Assembly: GCA_965655095.1 (NCBI GenBank)
Contig: OZ296648.1
Coordinates: 54,002,001 to 54,066,000, forward strand
From: Haplodiscus bocki
Taxonomy: Eukaryota
Length of the DNA stretch: 64,000 nucleotides
Direction: 5' to 3'
The notes under the pieces were generated by a model. The model saw only the letters and a program-made list of their open reading frames with translations, ran no database searches and was not told where the DNA came from. The translations under genes and the position numbers were made by a program. Positions 14,290-25,313 of the stretch are shown here, one piece after another (positions within the stretch are counted from its first letter, which is position 1; each line of letters starts with the position of its first letter).

Positions 14290-14372
14290 AAGTGCTCTGG
14301 GAGGCTGATAGATCCGCCTTTAGTTCGGCCGCCGTCTGCGAGACAAGCAGTGCTAACACCGAAAATGCAAAG
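14290..14372 (+). CDS. Eph: Eph receptor candidate exon (start of ligand-binding domain; EVLWEADRSAFSSAAVCETSSANTENAK)
   Basis: Pyrimidine tract plus TTTCAG acceptor and AAG|GTAAAA donor. Phase 1 start and phase 0 end match the short second exon of Eph genes and join the next exon in frame. Sequence similarity is weak. Confidence 0.6.
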
Positions 14373-15473
14373 GTAAAAAGTTGTCATCATTTCTGTAATG
14401 ATCTCTTCTTGTCGGCACTTTTGGAGGAAATATCTGACTATTAAACGGACTGATTTTTTCACGATTGTAGCTACAAAAAGTAAACCATGCCAGGTTACAC
14501 GGAATACAGAGTACATGTTTTATAGAATAGAACTGAGGAGAGTTACAGGTTGTGGGTTCAAACCTCAGCTTGCACTAAGTGTTTCATATATTCACAAAAA
14601 AACGTATTTCGTGGCAACCTCTTCACATGCGCTCCATTCGTTCGAGGACGTGCACAAAAATTTATCATGGCTCACAAAACATTTCGTTCACACTGGGAAG
14701 TATTTAAAACGAACCTTTCTGTCTAACGTAAAAAATGATAGGTTTCTTACTTTGGAATTTCTTATAATTATAGCAAATATAAAAATTTCCTACTTTGGCC
14801 GTTCACGTTTTTTAATTTGTCTCTTCGACTCTAATAATTAGCAAAAATAAAAAATATACATCTCCAATTTTGGGCTAAAGTGATAGGTCACACGTTGAGA
14901 GAAACTCTGATTATCTAGTTAAGAGGCCAATGACGTCAAAAAAGTACCTGATTCCATCTCGAGGGTTCTATCTGAAGATGAAGATTTTAACATGAGAAAG
15001 CTGCACAGTAATAATTTTTTTTCCAAATTTTCACTTCATTCACTTTTGAGCAGCAAGTTGTTCAAGCACACAGGTAAAGATTCCTTCATAAGAGCTCTTG
15101 ATGAGCGTTTTATTTCCATTTCCCTCTTAAGCTGAGCTCAATCTACACTGAAGTATCTGGTAGTTCTCACCAGTTGAAGTAATGAGAAATCTATGGACAT
15201 GCAACACTTAAAGTTAAGATAGTATTAAAAATTGTCATATATGGAAATTTTCACACATGAATCAACCGATGCAGCCATCCTGTCCTGCAGACGGATATAC
15301 CCGCTATTTATCAGGAATAGCATTCCCTTGTTGGGTTCGAGAAAACCGTTAAAAAGTACCAACTTGGAAGAAACTGAAATTGTCTAAATGCTTCAAAAGT
15401 CTAATTTCATTGTTTTTGCCTGTTATTTTTTTGGAAAAATATTAAAAGCAAAGGCTAATTTGTTTGTTTGCAG

Positions 15474-15622
15474 TGGTGCTACGGAGAATCAACGAAGCAA
15501 TGGAAAAGCTGCCCCAGTATGCCGAGTGGCTCAAAAGATGCTGGAAAACTTTTATCCAAAGAACTTTCCTCCCAGCTTATCGAACTGCCAAATAATCTCG
15601 ACGAATTCGTTCTATCCCTCAA
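15474..15622 (+). CDS. Eph: Eph receptor exon, ligand-binding domain (WCYGESTKQWKSC...LSSQLIELPNNLDEFVLSLK)
   Basis: TTGCAG acceptor and AA|GTAAG donor. Splices in frame to 20910 to give FVLSLKFTIQSC, matching Eph IFVELKFTLRDC. Confidence 0.8.
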
Positions 15623-18553
15623 GTAAGCTCTTGACACTATTACTCTCTTTAACTATCAAAGGTGACACTGGTCATAAATTCACAAACCGACGATTTCGCT
15701 AGTTTTGGTGATACATGTTCTTATAATTCAGCAACAATCTTATTATCGATATTTCAGTAAAAAAATCATTTGAAACGAAGTTTTCACTGCGGAAAAGGAA
15801 TAGGTTCTACGATGCTTTAACTGAAGCTCAAATTTGTAGTACTTCGAGAGAAAACCTTTTTTTTTCAAACTTGAGCGTGCTTTGAAGTATCCCAGATGAA
15901 GACACGGATGCAAGAAGTAATAGAAAAAATGGAAAAATTTGGTTGCAAAATCCATGGAGTAAAGGTGAAATGCGAATTTATTTTCCGGAAAATATTGATT
16001 TTTTTTTCATTTTGGAACTAACTTTATATACTTTCCGCATTTACAAAGTAGATGTTTGGTTTTGCGACAAAATCTGCTAATTAAATGGAGCCGTCAAGGT
16101 GAACATAGTAGAAACACCCCTTAAAAGTTGGCGTTTCAAGTGTAAAATTAATTCCGTTAAAACGCTACCTAGATTGAGTTTGCTTGAAAGTAGATATGAT
16201 TGTATTAACACTCTGTCTTCCTTTCTTGTTTTGCCCGGGGACCCTGCAACCACAGAGTGTGATATCTTTCAGTAAACATCATCTGAAATTGTTCTTGTCT
16301 TTGCAAATTGGCTTCCCTTGTTCTCTACGCCCCGGGGGAGGCTTTGATTTGAAAGCACTGAAGGAGTGTCGATTTTGCATCTCTGAAATGATTCTCAAAA
16401 TTAGCATTCGGTTAAGTTTCTCTACACTCATGCCAGCTTCTAATCTTGGCAGACATATTGTTGATCAGTTTTCTTCAGAAAAATGCTAAAATTGACTAGA
16501 AACCAAGTATGCGTACATTTTTTACTCTCATCTTTTCCCTGTGGTATAAATTACTGACTAAATCTCTGATTAGAAGCGTAACCTACTTTTTTGGCGAGTA
16601 ATCGATGGCAAGGTTCAAGTTACCAGGGCTTAAGTTTGATTCATTCATGGAGCATATATGATCAATTTAGAAATGACTCGATGCAGATTATGATCTTCGT
16701 TCAACAATCCTAATTACGCCACTGGCGTAGATTACAAAACCACTGGGGAATATGCTAGCTTTTAATTGGTCATATGAGTATCCTCGGAACCAGTAAAGAA
16801 ATCAATGCCGAATTCGTTCCGAAAAGTAAAAGAAGGCGTTGTAGAATTTTCAGGGGGGAATGTGAGATTTGTGCCATCGTTTTTTTTCAACAATTGTTTA
16901 TTAAATTCTCATTTTCATCTAAAATTAGTTAAATTGAAAGGTACTCGATAGGATATAAGATATAAACAAGAATATTGGTTAAATGAGAGCCAATGAGAAC
17001 GCTCTACGCGAGTAAACAGTAACAGCAGCATAAATTTTAAAAGTTGGTCTAATTCGAACCCCAACTTTAACGTCCATTTTCTCGAAGACTTTTGTAGATA
17101 GAGCAAAACGGTTTTCACCAATGAAAACTACATTCCAAGACAAACAAGTTGGGTGATTTTCACCGCTTTCTGAAAATTAAAAGTTGTCGAAAAATTAAAA
17201 CGAAAATTATTACAGTCCGGAAAATGGTAAAATCGCGAATTCACAGTTCAGTTGCAACTTTAGAAGCGTATAAAAGTGAAAGCGGAGTGGATACAAAGTG
17301 TTATGAATACAAAAGGAATACAATAGGAGTGCCTTTGGAGTGAATTTTGACCACGCGCACGGCCGCCACCACCCCACGTATTAGCATATTTACGCTCTCG
17401 CTGCTCAAAATTAGACCTGTTTTTTTAATGTTCCCCAATGTTTGCTTGCTTATTTCTCGAAGATGAAAAAAGATATCGACAAACGGTTTGCACCATTGTA
17501 AACTACATCTAAAGGAAGCTTAAGTTTGGAATATGAGCAAAATCGGACGAATTTAAGATATTGAAAAATTGTAGCAAACGAAAAGTGCACTGCCGAAATG
17601 GCCAATTTGACTTCAGTTAAAAATTTATTCTAAGTGAACCACGCATCAAAAAAGGTTCGAATTAGACTTAAACGGAAGATATTTCAATGGAATAATGTCC
17701 CTGAAAAGATGAAATGATTATATTCAGCCATTTTGGAGAACTGAGTAAGAAATCGCCAAAAAACGCCCAAAATAGCCTAAAATCGCAGTTTTTCGCTTAT
17801 TAGTTAACGAGTAGCCAATAGAAATCAACCATATTACTAGCGATTGAAAGCTTATTATAAGGAAGAATAGAGAATAACAATAGAACAAGCATAGCAAGCT
17901 ACAAATGGCCGCCCCACAAAATTGCAGCTAGCTAAAATCACGGATTTTGGAAAATGTCGACTTGCGAAACGGCTAAACCCCCGCCACACCTTTTTGAAGA
18001 TAGAAAGCTGAAAATTTAACACAATGTTCCTAACACCGTCGTCCAGGAAACTGACCGAGGATTTTTGGAAATTTTGCCTGTACGTTGAGAAAATCGACTT
18101 TGAAGGTGGACCCAGGTAGTCAAAAATGGCCAAAATCGGTACTTTTGCGGAAAATTGAATAACTTTTTTTCAAGACCAACTAGAAAGCTCATCTTTTCGT
18201 TAAAATACTTCTCTTTGAATGTACTAACAGGAAAATACCACGCCCGCCCTGGGAAAAATTTATACGTTGAAGAAAAAGACCTCAAATTGACCAAAAATCG
18301 ATTTTTCGGTTATGGAATTTTGACTACTTTCAGGAAATCGCATTTTTTGACCAAAAATACTGAAATTAACTATAACAAAGTATACATTGCCAAAAACAAC
18401 AACATGAAAAACCACGTGTAATGATGTGCTCATTTTATGTTTATGATGCTTAGGATAGACACAATTAATTATTGAATTTTAGACAAAAATTACGCTTTTT
18501 TTGGACATTTATTTTTGCATGGATTTTAAGATGGGAATGGTTAGGGAAGATAC

Positions 18554-19950
18554 TGTAACCACTTATTTTGGAAGTACTTGATCACGCACGACGAATAGAA
18601 TAGCTGACACATCAGCCGAAAGAGGTTGTCAATCAAAATGGTGACATAGACGAATGGAAATGAAGAGGTATTTTCTTAATCATTTTTACCACCCCCGTTT
18701 TGCCAGTGGATACGACCAAAATCAAATAATCATAACTGATGTAAGCAAAAAAATAACCACCGAGTAGTACCAAAACTGATGATTAGTGTACCGAAGTGAG
18801 ATAAACGAAACAACCAACGAAAATTGATAAGTCATTTTACAAATTATTGGATACGAACAACCGGATGACTGACAGGAATGCCGAAAATAATTGAATGGTA
18901 CCGAAAGCCAGAAAAGTGGCTAAAAACGGAACTTTCCATTAGTAATAGATGAAGAATAGAACGAAAAGCGATAATATTGGAAACGAGTAGAACGAGTGAC
19001 TAGATTGATTAACTAGATGAAAATAAGCCCGAAGACGAACGAAAAAGTGAAGTGCTAGGCGCACAAAGTGAGTTGAAATCTAGAGAACGGTTTGCTACTT
19101 TGCTGTCAACGGATAGAGTACAAGTCTTTGAGTCCGGGACTAAAGATTGCAGATTTACTTCATCAACCCTTGTTAGAGAGTCCGGGACTTTTTAAGATTA
19201 GATTGTGATCCGGGATCATAGTTTGTTGTCGTTACAGAATTGGGAAGTTGGACTTCGCCAGATTATTTTGAGATGTTCTTCTTTAACGCCGTGAGACGCG
19301 GGTTAGAGAGTAATTTTGGCCCCAGCGGTGGCTGAACCGTGGATTAGTTAGAGATAGCAGTCCGGGACTGTTTTGCTTCACTCCAAGAACGTTAGAGAAA
19401 GGCGGCGCGTTATTGGAATACGACTTCTTTATTTTCTCAATCATTCATTGATTGAGTACCTTTCAATTCTTCCTTCGGGAAATCTTCTTGTTGTTATAAC
19501 CCCGTGTGGTCTGATTTGTTTATTGGTTCTGTGAACAATATATTACTCAAAGTATTTTCCATTATTTAATTGATAACCAGTAATAAAATATTATTCAGTG
19601 AAAGACATTATTTAGCATGATTGTATTATTCTATTACTTTGCGTCATTTAATTAACTTTGAGATAGTTTCTCATGAGAGAACATTTTTAATTAAACAGTC
19701 AAAGAGCTACGAGACACCCCTTTAAAAAGAAGAATCAAGACAGAACCGCGTTTCTTAGCGCATCTTACCCCCACCGCCTCCGAATTATTAGACTTGTCTT
19801 TTCTGTCGGAGTTATAAGTTTTTTGTGGATGCTCCGCCGATCCCCCCTCTCGTGGATCTGGTACACGAGTTTAATGGAGTAGTAGTGGGGCAATTTAGAA
19901 AGAGAGTAGAAAAACTCCTCAGTGATTCGATTCCTCTTTGGCGATTGTTA
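18554..19950 (+). mobile_element. LTR-like segment (right end uncertain)
   Basis: Begins TGTAAC just after a purine-rich tract (GATGGGAATGGTTAGGGAAGA); repeated AGTCCGGGACT motifs; AATAAA near 19582; a possible inverted end GTTACA at 19236. No TSD or gag/pol found. Confidence 0.4.
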
Positions 19951-20909
19951 AAGCTACTTTTCAAAATTCTACAGGCGTGAAATAATTTTTTCATGTTTTT
20001 CTTTTCACCTATTGTGCCTTTGAGTCAAAGGTGCTGAACAATAATTGCTCGCAGGTGAATTTCCAGCACCCAAGAAGCGTCCACACAATTTTTAATGTTC
20101 AGACAATGTCATTTCGTTTTATGCACAAATTAAGTGAAAAACGAACTTTTTCTATTTTGTTCACGATAAATGCTAAACAAGGGACTACGATTAACTATTG
20201 TTCTTTTTGGGGAGAAGTGAAAGTTGGGGAAATGAAGAAAACCGGAATATTAAGATTGGGTTCTTCTACATCAAGGCATAATCTCTTCCTACTTATTCAC
20301 CTAAAAGTAACAAAGAAGGATTTTAAATCTTCCAAACTTGATCACCCTAGATCTTCACAGATTTGAACCAACTAGTTAAGTCCTCATTTAAATCTAAAGC
20401 AGCAGAAATATCCATTGTCATCCAATTGTTCAAATAATCAGAATGAATCTGCTTTCCAAACTTCTGAAAACATTGTTTCCTTTCATGTTTTGGCAACAAA
20501 AAAAGTATGTGAAGTCAGCTTATTTTGTGAGCAAGTCTTTCTAAATAGTTTTTCAATCGAATTTGCGTAATTTTTTGAAAGAAAACTAAATAATCAATCA
20601 TTTGAGAAGGAAGCAATGTTCAAAAACTTCGAAATACTTATTGATTCAATTTCAATATCAATTCATCTGAAATCGTCAAATTTCAAATATAAAATTTGAA
20701 AATTACTTTTGAATTATATGAAGACAAGAAACTAAGTTAACTAAAATTCAGAAAAAAACTAGAAATCACTAGAGAAATATAAACGCGATTATTTAGTCCG
20801 AAAAGCTACCATTTTTCAAAACAAGAGACCCCCTTAATATGTTGCGCCTAACAAGCGGCGCCGACTTAGACCGTTCCCGGTTTTTCTATTTGCTTTTTTC
20901 ATATTTCAG

Positions 20910-21403
20910 GTTTACCATTCAATCCTGCGACGATATAGTACTGCGAGAAAAATCTCTTTCTTGCTCGGAGGAATTTTCTACGGAAGTTTTTGGTCTCAAT
21001 GAAGAGTATCCTGTCAAATCAGACACATCTGGGGTCCGAATTTTTTCCAAGAGTGAAAAAACAGCTTTGGGTACGGCACTAAACGAGAACTACCCAGTTG
21101 AGAACAGATCGCGGTACAAATATATCATTATCAAGTTCACCGCTTACTATTCTTGCGTAATCTTGGAAAATATCAAACTCAAAGCAGAAAGATGTCCCTC
21201 CGAGGTTTCAAATCTGGTCAAATTCGACAACGCTTATTCCTCTCAAAGTGCCAAATACGAAGGAACGTGCGTGGAAAATTCCATTCTTAACGGAAAATAC
21301 CATCCTTTACGCAAATGTTCACATGGTAGATGGATGTCTTATTATGAAGCTTCATCTTGTGTGTGCAAAGCGGGGTTTTACCTGGCCAATACAAAATGTG
21401 CCG
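20910..21403 (+). CDS. Eph: Eph receptor exon: C-terminal ligand-binding domain plus sushi-like Cys-rich region
   Basis: FTIQSC..SCSEEF..IIIKFTAYYSCVILENIKLKAERCPSEVSNLVKF..EGTCVENS..RKCSHGRW..CVCKAGF matches Eph FT.RDC..CKETF..FQD.GAC..L.SV....CP....NLA.F..G.CV.N..C...G.W..C.C.AG. TTTCAG acceptor, G|GTTAGT donor. Confidence 0.92.
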
Positions 21404-22234
21404 GTTAGTTAGTCGTTAGTTGTACCGCGGAATTTATTCACACTTCCTAAATTTTTATAACTAGATCAACACTTGAATCGATTCTGCGTTTTTAATGATC
21501 ACCTTTGTGATACATTTTTTCGCTTTTCAACTGATTTTTTCCATTCCGGCGTTAATCAAACAGAATGTACCTGTTGAAATGTTTTTCATGCCTTTTTGAT
21601 CTTGCAAATAATTGTTCTTCAAGACGAGATCAAAGGAAATTTCAGAGTCATTTTGTCGATAGCATGTCGCTTTTGACGCCAATAGGTTGATAGTAAGAAA
21701 AGTAGACCCTTCTGTTATCAGATTGTTTGCTATTCCTCAATTAAATTTTTCTGACAAGATCAACGTTGCGTGATTGAAGAAAAGTGACAGGTCCTTTTGA
21801 TTAACAATCCTTACTCTCCAATCGATTTGTTAAGCGTTAATTTTGTTTGAAGTGTATTCCCACATTCGCGCGCAATGCCGATCGTCAATGAAAATGTTAT
21901 GAAATTTAATTACCTTGATACTCCCTTCCGAAAGACGTCTACAAAACGCTTTTGAATTCTAGTGGCAGGCACCATTTTATAATAGCTTTTATATTGAGAA
22001 GCTGTGTATAATTAAGCAAAAATTCATGCTTTTTTTCACTGATCACGGCAAAACATTTTCCTGTTAAAAGGAAAAGTTTAATATACGAAAAAGAAGATCA
22101 CTAATTTTCATCGCTTCACTTGGAAGAAACGCAAGTGGAGTCATGAATTGAACTTTTCCATGCTTTTCTTGTTTGTACCATGCAAAAAATATCAAATAGC
22201 AAAATATAGGAGTATGTTGCTATATGTTTTGCAG

Positions 22235-22406
22235 TGTGTCCCCAAAACTTCTACAAACAGACTGCAGGGAATCAGCAATGTGCTAGATGCCCTTTGTATT
22301 CCACTAGTCGAGAAGGGGCTTCAAATTGTTCCTGCAACCGCGGATTCTATCATAACCCCAAAAGTCCCAACGACCCTAGCTGCTATCAAATGCCCCAAAA
22401 GCCCCA
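22235..22406 (+). CDS. Eph: Eph receptor exon: EGF/TNFR-like Cys-rich region
   Basis: VCPQNFYKQTAGNQQCARCPLYSTSREGASNCSCNRGFYH...SCYQMPQKP versus Eph C..GFYK...G...C..CP..S....GA..C.C..GY.R....CT.PPS.P. TTGCAG acceptor, CA|GTTAGT donor. Confidence 0.93.
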
Positions 22407-22416
22407 GTTAGTATTT

Positions 22417-22810
22417 GTTATTTTCCGCCATTTTTTATATTATGGAAAGAAAATCATCCTCTCAACGCGAACGTTTTCTTTTTACGTTTACTTGCCAATT
22501 GTCCCAGCAGAATTTCCGGACGATTCTGATTTTGAAAATTTTTCATCACCGAATTTTTAAAATAAACCTGATTTTCATCAAAATCGGTAAAGGTGGTAAG
22601 TTTGCCGTAGAATGCGAATCAAATGATATTATTTCTTGAAAAGGTCTTCTCCACTTTAAGTGTGTGGTATTTTTGTAATAAATCAGGAAATTTTAATTTT
22701 TTAAAAACATTTGATGAAGAGTGTTTTTTGAAAAAAAGCGCTTTCATTTTTTAAAAAGCATCTTAAAATTGGTGGGCGGAAAATATTCCGGTGATAGCAA
22801 GCCGTATTGT
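22417..22810 (+). mobile_element. Helentron/HINE-like element, family A
   Basis: 5' TATTTTCCGCC and near-3' GGGCGGAAAATA form asymmetric inverted repeats, followed by a GC-rich hairpin remnant. The core is nearly identical (inverted) to 29617-29983. Confidence 0.8.
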
Positions 22811-23412
22811 AAGTAATACTTATAAAACAATGAATTATCTAAGAGTTAATGCAAAATATCTTTCTATTCTCAGAATCTAGGAAAATGAGACAAATGAGAA
22901 GCATTCATTTTTTAAAAAAAATACGTTGTCAACGTGTACATAATTGTTAGCTTGAATATGATATTGATCATTTCGTCAATCAATTGGCTTCAGAGGAAAA
23001 TTAGTTTTCTAGTGTTTTCAAAGATGTTACTAAAATAGTTCACTATGTGTAAGTACAACTGTGACTGCTGACGGTAATGGTAGGTTCAAAGCAACATTGG
23101 TGCTCGACGCCCGCCCTATATTGTTAGGGAAATGAAATATTTATTTTAATTCGGGATACCTATGAACGTCTTTTATATTCGAGAATTTATGTGCAATTGA
23201 ACAAATATTGCAAATTCTTTTCTAGCCGTGTTTCCGATATTATTCTTTTTAGGTACACTACCAGATCGCTCTGACTCATAAAAATACACTCATAATACTC
23301 ATAATAAAGTTTTCGAATTTTTTTCTGTCAGCAAATATTAACATTTCGCTCCGAAACGAACAATTGAGGTTTGCTCAGTTGACATTGTATTGCTTAGAAT
23401 AGATATCTTTTC

Positions 23413-23626
23413 GGATCTTTTCTGTTAATCCCCCCCCCCCACTGATTTAACTCCCCCCTCCACACCATAATGGATATGCGAAATAATAAGCGGCGTAATG
23501 TTTTAACTCACGAGCGAGTGAAGTTTAGAGTTTAGCCAATCAGAGACAAGTTCGCTTCTGCGTGGGGGGGGGGGGGGGGTTAAATTTTGAGCTTCTACAG
23601 TGGTGGGGAATTAACAGAAAAGATCC
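23413..23626. mobile_element. MITE with perfect 17-bp TIRs and an 8-bp TSD (Merlin-like)
   Basis: GGATCTTTTCTGTTAAT...ATTAACAGAAAAGATCC; TSD ATCTTTTC at 23405-23412 and 23627-23634. Confidence 0.9.
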
Positions 23627-23711
23627 ATCTTTTCTATTTTATGTCACTAATGTTTACATTTATGTATAATTTTAATTTGTTTTCCAATTGTTTTTATTAA
23701 ATATACTTCAG

Positions 23712-23974
23712 AGTGTGGCGTGTCATCAATGAGAGTAATGCAGTACACTTGAATGTGAGTACAGGGGTAATGGCCGCTGGCACCCGTCTGCAAGTCAGCT
23801 GCTTGAACTGCGGCAGTCTGCGTCCAGAGACCAGCTACACCTCTAGATCAGTGACCATCACCGGGCTCACTGAACGAACCAGATATGTGTTCAAAGTGTC
23901 TGCAGTCAATCAAGTATCTTCTCTTGCTCCCGACAGAACTTCCGTGGAAGTCGTGGCCCAAACGAAAAAATCAC
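23712..23974 (+). CDS. Eph: Eph receptor exon: fibronectin type III domain 1
   Basis: VINESNAVHLNV...VSCLNC...SVTITGLTERTRYVFKVSAVNQVS versus Eph VNETS..LEW...V.C..C...V.V..L...T.Y.F.V.AVNGVS. TTCAG acceptor; phases are compatible on both sides. Confidence 0.92.
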
Positions 23975-24035
23975 GTTAGAAGTCGTTTGAGTTGGGCTAT
24001 CAAATTTCACGCTTTTCGATTGAAATTTTTTTTTC

Positions 24036-24462
24036 ATTTTTCGCACAATATTTCATATTTGGAAGTAAAATCATTAGTTTAACATTCAAGTTTATCTACA
24101 AAGAATTTGCCAATTGCACTTATACGATCGACTCCTGTGACCGTCGGTGAATACTCGATTCTGATTGGTCAAAGCAAAAGCGCAGGTAAATTTTTTACTA
24201 TAAATAGCATGACATCAGCAAATATTCGATTCTGATTGAAAGAGACGAAAAAGCGCGAGAAAGTTTCAGCCAAAAAAATAGAGTTTTCTAATCTTAATAT
24301 TGACTATTTTTGAGGGGTAGATGGCTTAGAGGCTAATGCAATTCTTGTAAAAGGGACCGGTGGGAGTACAAAGGTTACCATTTCGATTCTCGGAAGGAAT
24401 GAAGGTTTTTGTTAATTTTAGACCCGGTGGAAAATATCCCGGAGGTATCCGGGTGTCTTGTT
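24036..24462 (+). mobile_element. Helentron/HINE-like element, family B
   Basis: Ends GGAAAATAT-CCCGGAGGTATCCGGG(hairpin)-TGTCTTGTT. Inverted copy at 37268-37655. Termini resemble family A but the interior differs. Confidence 0.75.
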
Positions 24463-24655
24463 GATTGTTTCGTGGGACAATTTTTTTGCGTTTTAACAAT
24501 TTTTGCAAAGACTGACAACCGCAAATAATTTCTCTTTTTCGACACGTTCAATATCGTTTCATCGATTTTACTGTTTTCTGTTATAACTTCGGGTTTTCCG
24601 CAATTTTTTTTCTAACCACACGCTTGCCCTACAATAAACCATTTTTTGTTAACAG

Positions 24656-24871
24656 GAAGAGTACAAGGGGTTTCGTGTTCTAAAAGCTATGACAGAATTG
24701 TTATTACTTGGGACCCCGTGGAACCAGACGGTGAGAAATCAGCCGTGTGGTTGTACGTGACGTCATCAGGAAACACCATCTACATGCCGCAATATTGGGT
24801 CAAAGTGCATGAAGGAGATTCCAACACTGTCATGGACTTCTTCACGAACGAAACTCGCTTCTATACTTCAA
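24656..24871 (+). CDS. Eph: Eph receptor exon: FN3 domain 2, first part
   Basis: RVQGVSCSKSYDRIVITWDPVEP...PQYWVKVHEGD (FN3 Trp and Tyr landmarks). AACAG acceptor, A|GTAAG donor, phase 1/1. Confidence 0.85.
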
Positions 24872-25223
24872 GTAAGAGCAGCCTCATTTTCAGTCTCTAC
24901 ACGATGACACTTCAAATTAAATTGAATCAAATATTGTTCTTTTCTTAAACTGTAAAACCCGGGATTTCAGAAATTGGAAAACAACAACTTTCAGTGTTTT
25001 CGTGATTGTTTTTTTTTTCAAGTTTCGAGAGCTCACGCCTTTGTGAGCTATAGAAAAAAATCTTGAAAAAGTTTAGGATTCCCACATTTTTTAGAGAGAT
25101 CTTGTACGTCTTGGTAAGATCTTCATTAAAAAATGGTAAAATCCCAGAAACATTATGGCTAAGCGAACAAAATAGATGAATTGTAAAAAATAGTAAAAAT
25201 TTAAATGAGTTTGATGTTTTCAG

Positions 25224-25313
25224 ATCTAAACCCACGAGCAGCCTACATGTACAAAGTTGGTTTGAGAAATGACCAAAAATCTTTCAGCAACGAAGTCTTC
25301 TGTTCTAACAAAG
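25224..25313 (+). CDS. Eph: Eph receptor exon: FN3 domain 2, second part (NLNPRAAYMYKVGLRNDQKSFSNEVFCSNK)
   Basis: FN3 L.P...Y...V motif. TTTTCAG acceptor, AAG|GTAAG donor, 90 nt, phase 1/1. Absent from the ORF track. Confidence 0.85.

Noticed and set aside
17340-18430. Probable DNA-transposon-like non-coding segment
   Set aside because: No TIR, TSD or second copy could be established within the window.
22415-22639. Similar short ORFs at 22415 (+) and 29764 (-) as duplicated genes
   Set aside because: Both are translations of the same non-coding repeat family.
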